A stretch of DNA of 64,000 bases from Corallochytrium limacisporum Hawaii. Its lineage: Eukaryota; Protista; Pluriformea. The DNA is taken from positions 62,001 through 126,000 of the forward strand of contig PDIP01000010.1 in assembly GCA_002811645.1 (NCBI GenBank), read 5' to 3'. The stretch's first letter is position 1, and every line of letters starts with the position of its first letter. The notes under the pieces are model-generated. The model was not told the origin of the DNA, ran no database searches, and was given only the letters and a program-made list of their open reading frames with translations. Position numbers and translations under genes: made by a program. Below, piece after piece: positions 1 to 9,263 of this stretch.

Positions 1-255
1 GAGATCTGGAAAGAGTACACAAATGACACCCTTGGTATGTCCTCATTTGACAAGTACCGCATCGGTCTTGGTTTCAAGAAGGCGCACTTCCGAGACGACA
101 ATCAAGAAGTCTTGCAGTCGCGTAGACGGGAGGAAGCAAACACACGTGCGGAAGAAGAGCGGGCCATGTATCTCTTTGAACAGAAACGCAAAGCTGAGAA
201 GGATCGAACTCGCCACGATTTCCTTACAGGAACCCTTATACATGACAGTCATTAA
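1..255 (+). CDS. 3' end of a protein-coding gene running in from the left edge (unknown product, charged helical C-terminus)
   Basis: Frame +1 is open from base 1 (EIWKEYTNDTLGMSSFDKY...) to TAA at 253-255, with coding-like codons and an AATAAA (263-268) just downstream. Confidence 0.6.
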   Translation, partial: EIWKEYTNDTLGMSSFDKYRIGLGFKKAHFRDDNQEVLQSRRREEANTRAEEERAMYLFEQKRKAEKDRTRHDFLTGTLIHDSH

Positions 256-783
256 AGAAGTGAATAAATGTAATCGTTTTCATCCCGAGCAGGAACTTGA
301 GGATGGGCGATCCCCTGTCAGAAATGTAGTAGGTTGAATTGACGGGCCCTCCCGATGCTTACACGCTCGGTCAAAAAGAGACTCCCGATCGTAAGTCTGA
401 GCCGGTTTTCGGCTCGGTTCCATAGAAATGTGGAGGGGTCGTATCGCCGGAGGCAGAACAAATTCCACCCCACCCGCACCTCCCAATCTAGTACAGACCC
501 ACAGAAATATCGATACATGCTCAATACTTAAGCAGAAGCAGCTCTCCCCGCCCATTCATCCGAAAAAAATATTGAGTCTAGGCCACCCCCGCACCTCTCC
601 TCCTCCCCCCGCTCTGCTCGACCAGTGCTCGGTGGTTTCACTATTGCAGGCTGCACAGGCTCTTGCGTGTGAAGGAGGGGCCCAACGTGTGTGCAATGGT
701 GTTCACCCTGGCCAGTTAACGTGGTCGCGTACTGAAACTTCTCAGGAGACGGGAGATGACCGATCAGTAAGCGGAGGAACAAA

Positions 784-1744
784 CTGATAACTGTAAACAT
801 ATCGATTGTCACAGTTGTCAGGTATGGTCTTGTTCAATTTGTTGTGGTGGGCGGTTAATCATCAATTCAGGCGCAAAATTAGTTGACTTCAAAGAAATAT
901 TCTGCTGATGCTATTCCTTTTTGTCTCTAGTGCGCCTTGTTACTTTGACCTTTGAAGCTCCTGTCTCATTGATTCGCAGCGCTCAACAGTACCTCAACGA
1001 GGAGCAGCCGTTACCGGCCCGTCGAATGACACCCCACTGTGTCAGTACGGGAAGTGGGGCTCACCTGATTTCAATTTCCTCGCCCTAGCCCCACGGCATA
1101 TGTATTTTGCCCCTACTAAATCTACCAAAAATTGTCCTGGGGTCGACTGGAGGCAGCCCTCCCACTGGGCCCAGGGTAGGCTTGGCCCGAGAGTCGCGGT
1201 GTGCGGCAGCAGCGCCAGAAGCAGGTCGGACAGGAGAAAACTGCGCAGGCCAGGCTGGAGGTTGACTGTTCCGGACTGGGCCCTGGTGCATGTCACCGCA
1301 CCATTCGGCTGAACTGCAGGCGTAGGTACCTGCAGCAAAGGGTGGTGCGACCGTCCCGACCTCGGCTTTCCCGGTCACCCCCATGGCTATACTCAATCAC
1401 CGATATAAAATCTACCTGCCAGTGCTCGACGTTGGATCTGTGACAGGGAACCATAGTCGACCGCAGGGGGACCTCTTTTGGCAAAGTAAGATCTGCAATG
1501 GAATTGCATATGCAAAATTCTGGGAGCCCGCACGGAGCCGGCTGCGCATAGCTGTTTGGTCCTATGTGTCAATTAAGGTGGTAGGTGTTTGGTATTCAAT
1601 GGCCTGAGTCATTTAGTTAGATCATATGTCCTGTGGTGCTTATCTCCTAGATCCCTGATGACAGCAGGATCGAAGTTTGATACCTCCGACCACTAGACGC
1701 CCACCCGAAGTGGCGTCCCCGGAAGGAGGTATCGAGATTTCATC
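784..1744 (+). ncRNA. Candidate structured non-coding RNA locus, family not identified
   Basis: Many nested helices with G-U pairs on the + strand (see findings) and a candidate intron at 822-930 (CAG|GTATGG...GCTGAT...TTCCTTTTTGTCTCTAG). A 99-aa minus-strand ORF (1085-1384) is a competing explanation. Confidence 0.3.
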
Positions 1745-2135
1745 GGTAGTCTCTCATGTTGTTTAGGACTTGTTCTCGAATCATGAGTTACAGTCAACGG
1801 GATATTTATGGCCTCTAATTGGATATAACGTTGGGGCTATGGACCGAATGAAGGACATGTCACAACAACAGTGATGTGGTTCTCACATATGTCCAAAAGT
1901 GAAGAAAAATCGAAGATATTTCGTCCGCGGGTTTGCAATAAACGAAAGGGTGAACCACTAGGCTCATGAAAGACGTAGGCGGTGGGGGCTGCTTTGACGC
2001 AGGTAAAGCCGCAATGACCACTCTCCCACGCCAAATATTTCATACATTGACTACTCTACACCATGCCGTATACGCGACGGATATGCAACGGGGAAGTTGG
2101 GCTGCCAAATCACCGCACCCTTGACCAAACGCAAA

Positions 2136-2308
2136 CTCTCTCTCTCTCTCTCTCTCCCCCACCGGCGGGGTCCCAAGAGTTGAGCTTGTGTGGTCCGAGC
2201 ACTGGGAAGTGGGGAAGGAAGGGCCGAGAGAGAGAGAGACACACACACACACACAGAGAGAGCGAGCCATGCAGGAGGAGCGAGGTGTGTGTGTATGTGT
2301 GTGTGTGT
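2136..2308. repeat. Compound dinucleotide microsatellite cluster (CT)n ... (GA)n(CA)n(GA)n ... (GT)n
   Basis: (CT)n 2136-2155, (GA)n 2226-2239, (CA)n 2240-2255 and (GT)n 2285-2308 are directly visible. Confidence 0.9.
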
Positions 2309-3833
2309 ACGGTCATTAGGTCACAGAGTACTCCAAGGTATGCCGGTTGAGCTTTCAACGGAAAAGTGGGGGAAAAGGGAACACATGAGTAGGACGGACA
2401 CGAGAATTCATGTGGAAGAGGCGCGCGAGGGAGAACTGATATTCGGCTAGAGGAGGGAAGTGGGGGTAGATTATCTTATATGTAAAGTATGAAATTCTCA
2501 ATTGTGAACGACACGGCATCGGAGAAGTCGGTAGGCCATGAACCAACCGGGATGCCTGGTGTTCTCCGTGCGCTCTAAGGGCCCGTGCGTTTTCAAGTCG
2601 GAACACAACTGCGCCGTGGTGCTGTGCATTCCTGTGCCTAAGGGTGTAATCCTTTTTCCCCTCTCCGCAGGCGTGGGATCCATACTGAACATACGACGTT
2701 TTCGGAATTTAGCAATGGTCTCTTTAATAAACTTTTTTGAAGGAAGAGAGTTTATATCACCGTCGGCCAGAGCAGGACGAAACGACAAGAGCACGAGAGA
2801 TGAGCACACAACCGCCATGCATCATGCACTAGCCTTTGACCAGGCGGCTGTGTAAGTGTGTTATATGGGTACTACCCAAGATGGTGACACTTGGCTGTGG
2901 ATAGCTGCCAACCAGTGTGTACTTTCTCAAAGCGTTGACTCCATGAGGAGCAAGGATTTCCTTTGCTACCGCAGGCCCCCCCCCCAAAAAAACAACACAA
3001 CCCATAGTCCGACAGTCAATACAACATGTATACAGAATTCAGAATACCGTACGAAGGAGACATGCTGCACCCCTTTCCGCTATTTCACTTTTTCGTTTGA
3101 ACCGTTCGGCAATAAAGATTGCGGTATTTCAACGCAGGCCCTACCGCGCTTGGACTTATTGAGCGCGAAATTTTGATATCTCACTTTTTTATTCTCTCTC
3201 TTACCTCCGCGAAGCGAGAGCCGTGAAAATAGTAAGAGAAAGATACGGATGTATTCTAGGCAAAGTCGCGGTGGGTGATGGCATGGACAGGTTTAAAGAA
3301 TACTTCCTCCAAGGAGAAAAAAAAACGGGGAGGAGTGGTGGCGGGAGAGGCACGGCAAAGTGGAGCCTTTTCACCCCCCTTCTTCCTCCCCCCTCCCCCT
3401 TTTCGTTTGGTCCTAGTGATTTTCTACTGATATTCTGGAGGAGGAGTGGGTGAGGAGTACGCGAAGTGAAAAGTATACTCAGGGAAGGACATGCAACATT
3501 TTGATCGTGTTCCGTGCTGCCGCCTGTATGAATGACACCGCTTTCTTATCGTGCCTTTGTCACTTTGTTCCATTTTTTTTTCTGCCCGTAGGCACACAAG
3601 TAGGTTCGAAGGACCCTTGTAGTGGCGAGCTAAGAAGCGTATTGGTGGCCGGGGCAAGGAAAGGTTGTGTAGCGTCTGTTCCTGAGGACACGCATGTGTG
3701 GAACTACAGGCTGTTGAGCAAGTTTATTTCAGAAATCAATTAAGGTAGAAGAGATCTGACAGCGAAGGAAATTTGGCTAGTCTAGAGGTTCCTTTGATGG
3801 TTTACAAGTTGAATCAACGGAAGAACTTTCAAA

Positions 3834-4496
3834 ATGCCGCCAAAGAAACAGCAGGTTGCTCAGCTCAAGATCGATCCCGATGCTGAGAAGCGCGGGGAAA
3901 CTGTAATGATGTCCACCCTGGGACAGTGCAGTTTTGAAATGCCTCTGAACTTGAACAAGGTGCTCAAGTGTTTCAAGAAGGAGGGCCTGAAGGAGGCGGA
4001 ACTGTGGCCCAGCACTTCCCGCTACGTCTCTTACGTGAGCAAATCCCCCAAGGGTAACATTCGTGTCTTGTCAGATGGTAAGGTTCTCATCAACGGTGCT
4101 GTCTCTGAGAAATGCGTCAAGCAGCTGGCGGATCTGGTGGCGAAGGTTGTCACTGACGACTGCAAGGACGGTCGCTTCAAGAAGCTCCAAGGTTCTCTCA
4201 AACTCAGCACCCCTACCGTCAACAACTTCTGCGGAGTCCGCCAGTTCAATGGTTTGTTCAACGTGCAGACCCTGGCCAAGGCCCCTGAGGTTGCCAACTT
4301 TGAGCCTAAGCTTGGTGAGAAAGAGCCTGTTGGTCTGACCATTGCCCTTGACAATGGCATTAAGTGCCGTATCTTCAGCTCTGGTAAAGTCGTCATCAAC
4401 GGTGGCAAGGGCCCCGATGACATCTTCGAAGCTGGCAACAAGAAGCTTGCTTTCCTGGAGAAGTACGTGCAGCCTGTGCCCTCGAACTCCAAGTAA
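3834..4496 (+). CDS. Divergent TATA-binding-protein-like factor (TBP fold, two repeats)
   Basis: Two TBP-type repeats: IRVLSDGKVLINGAVSE and CRIFSSGKVVINGGK (canonical LIFSSGKMVCTGAKSE and LIFVSGKVVLTGAK). Also NFEPKL resembles YEPEL and DIFEA resembles EIYEA. Confidence 0.8.
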   Translation: MPPKKQQVAQLKIDPDAEKRGETVMMSTLGQCSFEMPLNLNKVLKCFKKEGLKEAELWPSTSRYVSYVSKSPKGNIRVLSDGKVLINGAVSEKCVKQLADLVAKVVTDDCKDGRFKKLQGSLKLSTPTVNNFCGVRQFNGLFNVQTLAKAPEVANFEPKLGEKEPVGLTIALDNGIKCRIFSSGKVVINGGKGPDDIFEAGNKKLAFLEKYVQPVPSNSK

Positions 4497-5247
4497 GGAG
4501 CACTATGTAAGTATCCCTTACCCAATGAGGACCCGAAACGACACTGGCCAACAACAAATGCAACCAAAGACTCATAAACCACACGATTAAACCATCATAG
4601 GATGGATATTAACTACGTAAGAACAACCAAGTGAGTGCACTCTTGTCATGCTCCATGCCTGACAATGGTGTCCATTGCCTTGTTCCCTCCAATTTGGTTT
4701 CTTGGCGCTACTTTCCAAAAAGGAAATTAGGCCCCCTTGAGAACAAACCTCCCCGTTTCTCCTCTGTCTTGGAACCCGGTACGTTTTCTATTGGAAACAC
4801 CGGTAGCGAGCGTGCGGTTGTTTTTTTTTTTCACAACCCCAACCCCGGGGGCGGAATGTACCCCGAGAGATCACACCGCCGGGTGTCGGGCACCGGTCAT
4901 TGGGTACGGTGAGGAGTCCATATTTCGATCGAGCATATGCTATGGCACCATCGAAGCGGACAATGGAGTCGCATCGCTCTCGCCCGCTTGTGCGATTGTC
5001 TTTTCGCGAACCGTCAGGAACGCACAGCGGGTAGACACAGGGGGAAGCGGGGGGGGGATAGGTTAGCTGGTTTCACCCCATATGCATGGGTGCCGGGATG
5101 GACTTGGTCGCGGAGTGCGATCGCGAGCCTTGGGACCATCTCTGTTGTCAACAGAGATGGTATTTCAGAAAATAATGGGTATGGTTATGTCCCAATAAGA
5201 TATCCGTGTAACTAGACAAACCATACACAACATCCGTGACAGCAAAC

Positions 5248-5850
5248 ATGGTGGTTGGAACACAAGCTCCCGTATACTCCATTAACGACTTTGAGGTTCT
5301 TGGGGGATCTGATGCAGGTATGCCGGGACAGCTTCCTGCTCCCGGTGAGGTCACCGTGCTCGAGTCTTGGGCTACATGGTGTCCCCCTTGCCGGCAGTCC
5401 ATTCCGCACCTCACACAGATGCAGGCTAAATATAGGGCCCAGAATGTTCGAGTCATTGGTATCACCGGGGAGGATTTCAACGTATGCGAGCCGTTCGTGA
5501 AGAAGATGGGCAAGCAAATGGATTACTTGGTTCTTCAGGATGAAAGTGGTCGCTTTCAGGACCTGCAGGCTCAGGCTGGGGTGCAAGGTATTCCACACGC
5601 CTTTGTAATCGATCGCCAAGGCAAGATCACATGGAGTGGACACCCCATGGATCCGAACTTTGAAAACGCAATCCAGACCGCTTGCGCAACCCCGAAGAAG
5701 GTGGATCCCGAGACCCGCAGCAAGGAGGAGCTCACTGCCTTAAGCGTTAAGGAACTTAAGAATATCCTCGCCGACCATAATGTGAGCGCAGCTGGATGTC
5801 TGGAGAAAGCTGACCTGGTGGCCCGTATTGACGAGAAGTGCCGCTTGTGA
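5248..5850 (+). CDS. TlpA/ResA-type thioredoxin-fold oxidoreductase with a C-terminal SAP-like (ARMET_C/RNF34-type) helical domain
   Basis: WATWCPPC active site, GIPHAFVIDRQGKI cis-Pro motif, C-terminal LSVKELKNIL...GCLEKADLV. First ATG is at 5248. Confidence 0.85.
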   Translation: MVVGTQAPVYSINDFEVLGGSDAGMPGQLPAPGEVTVLESWATWCPPCRQSIPHLTQMQAKYRAQNVRVIGITGEDFNVCEPFVKKMGKQMDYLVLQDESGRFQDLQAQAGVQGIPHAFVIDRQGKITWSGHPMDPNFENAIQTACATPKKVDPETRSKEELTALSVKELKNILADHNVSAAGCLEKADLVARIDEKCRL

Positions 5851-5956
5851 TCAGTCTCACTGTAAAGAATGAGCGGATCAATTAATCCCGTCGACCATAG
5901 TCCATGTATCGTATATAAACCAACACTAATGTATTCTCGTATCTATAGTTTATATC

Positions 5957-8632
5957 TCATACGCTTACATCATCGCTGACTTCGGTTAGTGGAATGTACT
6001 GTGCCTGATCGGATGGTACCATGACCGGAGAGACCCTCTGGGTCATCACCGCCGCAATCCATGGGGCAATCAAGCCACTCAGGTTCAGCAAACGGAAAGG
6101 GACGCGGATGAAGCAACAGAGTATTATACAAATTCCCGTGCAAGTATAGGTCCAACGCGTACCTTCCAGTGTGAGGATTGCCAGTGGGTTTTCGACAAAG
6201 GTGTGCATTAGCCATGGAACTAAGGTGGCTGAGAGCAGACCAAGTTGACCTATCGCTTCCTCACAACGGCGCAAATCGACCGGTGCCCACACTATTGAAG
6301 CATCATTTGCAATATCAGCAGGTAGGGTGGTTGCCAGAGACAATAGTGCGAGGAGGACATAAAAGCCACTGAGCTCAGGCGAATAGACAGCCGTGGCGAT
6401 CGAAGCCACGAGGAGATTGTATGTCAGTACCGCGCTCATTCCCACAGTGAATCCAAGCGCCAAGGACAAAATAACGTTGACGGCGATCAGCTTGAGCCCT
6501 GTCAGAGGTATGTGTGCCTTGTGCGGCTTGACATTTCTACTCACTGTTGACTCCGCAAGTCCGCTGAAGATGCGAATTACAATGGCATCCAGAATGGAAG
6601 TTACTATGACGAGCACACTGAACATAAGCCACGGCAACAGGCCAAATGCGCTTGCAGGCATCGGGTACACATCCCAGCCCATACCCATACGAAGAATACT
6701 TGGTAACCAAGCTCCAAACTCGCTAATGAAGGCAAGATGGAGCGCCACCAGCAGACTGACCTTTACGCCAAAACCCCGGTGCACAACAAAGCGAGTTGGG
6801 ATTAGCATCCACACAGAGCACCACGCCAAGAACAACATGTCCAGTGCATGCGCGTCCAGGCTCGATACCAACGTGAGGCTGTAGGATGGCCTCACCATTA
6901 CGGAGGCTTCACAGTCAGACTGCGTGAAGACCGAAAAGTCTACCGTATGCGTGCCGTTTACATCTGGTGTCAAATGGAATACACATGTGGTAATGTCCAG
7001 TGCCTCACAGTTGAACAGAGACGGCTGCGGGCCATCATTGCATGCTCCGTTCAACGTGGCCATATAAGTCACCTCAGATCCGAGCGTTAGACGCTCCCTG
7101 AAGGATTGCTCGTTGACACTAAAGCTCATATCGTTCTTGCAGTGATACTCATCACCGTTGTCTTCGGATATTTCAATGTGGAAAGACGCAAATGGGCTGA
7201 TCATTTGTGTTGGCCCAATAGTGTCCCTTTGACATACGTGCAGGTAAGTCGAGACTTCGCTCCCTGCCGTCACATCGACAAAGACTGGTTGTGATTCAGG
7301 CGCCTTTTCTGGGCCACTGACCAAAATGGCGGATGTGCACATGGTCGTGATGGATTCCCGCCTGCGGGAATGCAATTCGTGTGTCTTCACCAAGAAGGAG
7401 TCATGAGAATAGTCGTATGCAAGCCTGTCCTGACCATTTGGGATCGACAGTGTCAGGTTGCCGCCACAGATGATCACCTCGGTTACGTTTGCAGTGTTCA
7501 CTTGCATCATGTAGGAGGTCGTCAGGCCCGTGTGATCTGGCCCAAGAGTTTCACTGAACTTGTGGGTGATGCTTGAGACATCCTCATGCTTCCTTGCCGA
7601 CGTACTGTCGTAGTGAGTCAGTTGGATCTGGCCGATTTCGTCATCTTCGCTTGGTTCCAAAATACCATCCCTGAATGACGAAAACAGCTGCGGCACAATC
7701 ACTTCCTTCAGCAATAATTGCAAGAAAAGGTAGCATGTGGTGAGCTCATTGTGATCAAGATCCCGCAGTAGTCCATGCACACGGGACGTGGTTGCAAAGC
7801 GTTCATTTGTTTCAACGCCTGCAGCCATAAGAGGGACTTGCGACGCGGGCATTACATCGTGATCCGCAAGACCCCCGCTGTAGTTGATAAGTTGCAGATC
7901 TTGATAGTGTTTGAGACTATTAATGTTTCTGTAAATTGAAAGGAATTGACTGTCTGACAAGTGCAAAGGAACTAATGGACTAGCAAGTGTCACCACTAGT
8001 CGTATCTTTGACGAAACAATCGGCGGAGATGACGACGCCATGAGCTCTGCAATCGCAGCTCGCACAACAACTCCGCCCATGGAATGGCCGACAAGGATTA
8101 TTTGGTCCTTCACTGATGGTTCAAAATATTGTAACATCGACTTCAAAGTGTCGATTTGTCGCTGCATCAACAATCCTGAAAGGGCACTGGGTTCGTACTG
8201 GAAATCAACAGTGTAGATTCTCACCTTCTCAAGCTCCTTATTGGCATCCGTTAGAGATTTCAGCGCACCGGCCATCCAACGCGCTTGCCGAAAACTTCCC
8301 TCGTGACCGTGCACGAATATAATTGCATTATCGACATTACCTGGAGTTGGCTCATTAGTGTACAGTTCGAGCAAGTCATAATTTTCATGCCAAAGACTTG
8401 GAGATTCCTGCTCTGGTGTTCCGACTGGTTTCAGTGACTTATACTTGATCTGTTTACTAATGCCTTTATCATCACAGCCTGGGAGCGAGTCCCGGAGTGC
8501 GTACACTTCGGAATCATACTCTGATATTGACACGAATATGAATGATCCAAGATACAGCAGGCCCACTAACACGACAAGTGGACCAGCCACTCGTAATACC
8601 TGCAACGGTAGCGACATCGCGCTCTTTTTCAT
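5957..8632 (-). CDS. PGAP1: GPI inositol-deacylase (PGAP1/Bst1)
   Basis: N-terminal TM segment, IIFVHGHEGSFRQAR, catalytic VGHSMGG, VVTLASP, multi-pass TM C-terminus; 891 aa. Confidence 0.85.
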   Translation of the reverse strand: MKKSAMSLPLQVLRVAGPLVVLVGLLYLGSFIFVSISEYDSEVYALRDSLPGCDDKGISKQIKYKSLKPVGTPEQESPSLWHENYDLLELYTNEPTPGNVDNAIIFVHGHEGSFRQARWMAGALKSLTDANKELEKVRIYTVDFQYEPSALSGLLMQRQIDTLKSMLQYFEPSVKDQIILVGHSMGGVVVRAAIAELMASSSPPIVSSKIRLVVTLASPLVPLHLSDSQFLSIYRNINSLKHYQDLQLINYSGGLADHDVMPASQVPLMAAGVETNERFATTSRVHGLLRDLDHNELTTCYLFLQLLLKEVIVPQLFSSFRDGILEPSEDDEIGQIQLTHYDSTSARKHEDVSSITHKFSETLGPDHTGLTTSYMMQVNTANVTEVIICGGNLTLSIPNGQDRLAYDYSHDSFLVKTHELHSRRRESITTMCTSAILVSGPEKAPESQPVFVDVTAGSEVSTYLHVCQRDTIGPTQMISPFASFHIEISEDNGDEYHCKNDMSFSVNEQSFRERLTLGSEVTYMATLNGACNDGPQPSLFNCEALDITTCVFHLTPDVNGTHTVDFSVFTQSDCEASVMVRPSYSLTLVSSLDAHALDMLFLAWCSVWMLIPTRFVVHRGFGVKVSLLVALHLAFISEFGAWLPSILRMGMGWDVYPMPASAFGLLPWLMFSVLVIVTSILDAIVIRIFSGLAESTVSRNVKPHKAHIPLTGLKLIAVNVILSLALGFTVGMSAVLTYNLLVASIATAVYSPELSGFYVLLALLSLATTLPADIANDASIVWAPVDLRRCEEAIGQLGLLSATLVPWLMHTFVENPLAILTLEGTRWTYTCTGICIILCCFIRVPFRLLNLSGLIAPWIAAVMTQRVSPVMVPSDQAQYIPLTEVSDDVSV

Positions 8633-9263
8633 ACTGTTATGTCTTCCACTCCATTATGTTCCGTTGCGCAAAATCATTCGTCAATTGGGACCACTGTAGA
8701 CATCAAAATTATTGCCTTTGGTTACGTACGACCATTACATTCATGAAGTACCCTCATCTCCATTGCCTCAGAGAACAGCCAATGGCCGTCGCTGCCTCCG
8801 GAATACAACCCCTCAACGCCCCCCCCCCCCGCCGGGGGCCTCAGCCCACTAGACCTCCTTACCGCAGAGCCAGCACCCCGAGGTCACACATCACCGGCTT
8901 CCTCTCGTTGTAGGCTGGAAGGGTCACTCTACTCAATTTTTTTTCGTGGGGGGCTCAGGACGAGCCGCGCAGGAGAGCGAACTAAGTCCCGCCTTCTTCA
9001 GACTCCGCCCCCCCCCCAACCCCGTCCCTCACCTACGTCCATCCCCCAACCCGGGGAGACGCGACTGAATCCGATTATTTGTCGCCGGCTCCGCAGGGTA
9101 GCCACACCGAGGTGTTCGGAGCCTTTCTCCAACAGTGGCTCATCGACTTCATATTGCTACTTCAGGTCGGGCATGACCATTTGGCCTTATACAGAATACA
9201 TGAACCTTACAATAGTAGGAATCCGCTGGCGGGAAATGTGAGGCTCTGTGTGTTGTCGCAGTC

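Noticed and set aside
1650-1676. CTGATGA...CGAA hammerhead or box C-like motif
   Set aside because: No G10.1-C11.1 stem II, GAAA is incomplete, and there is no partner box D.
4515-4550. Hammerhead-like CCAATGAG-GACC-CGAAAC after the TBP-like gene
   Set aside because: The core differs from CUGANGA at two essential positions, and no stem I/III or NUH site can be formed.
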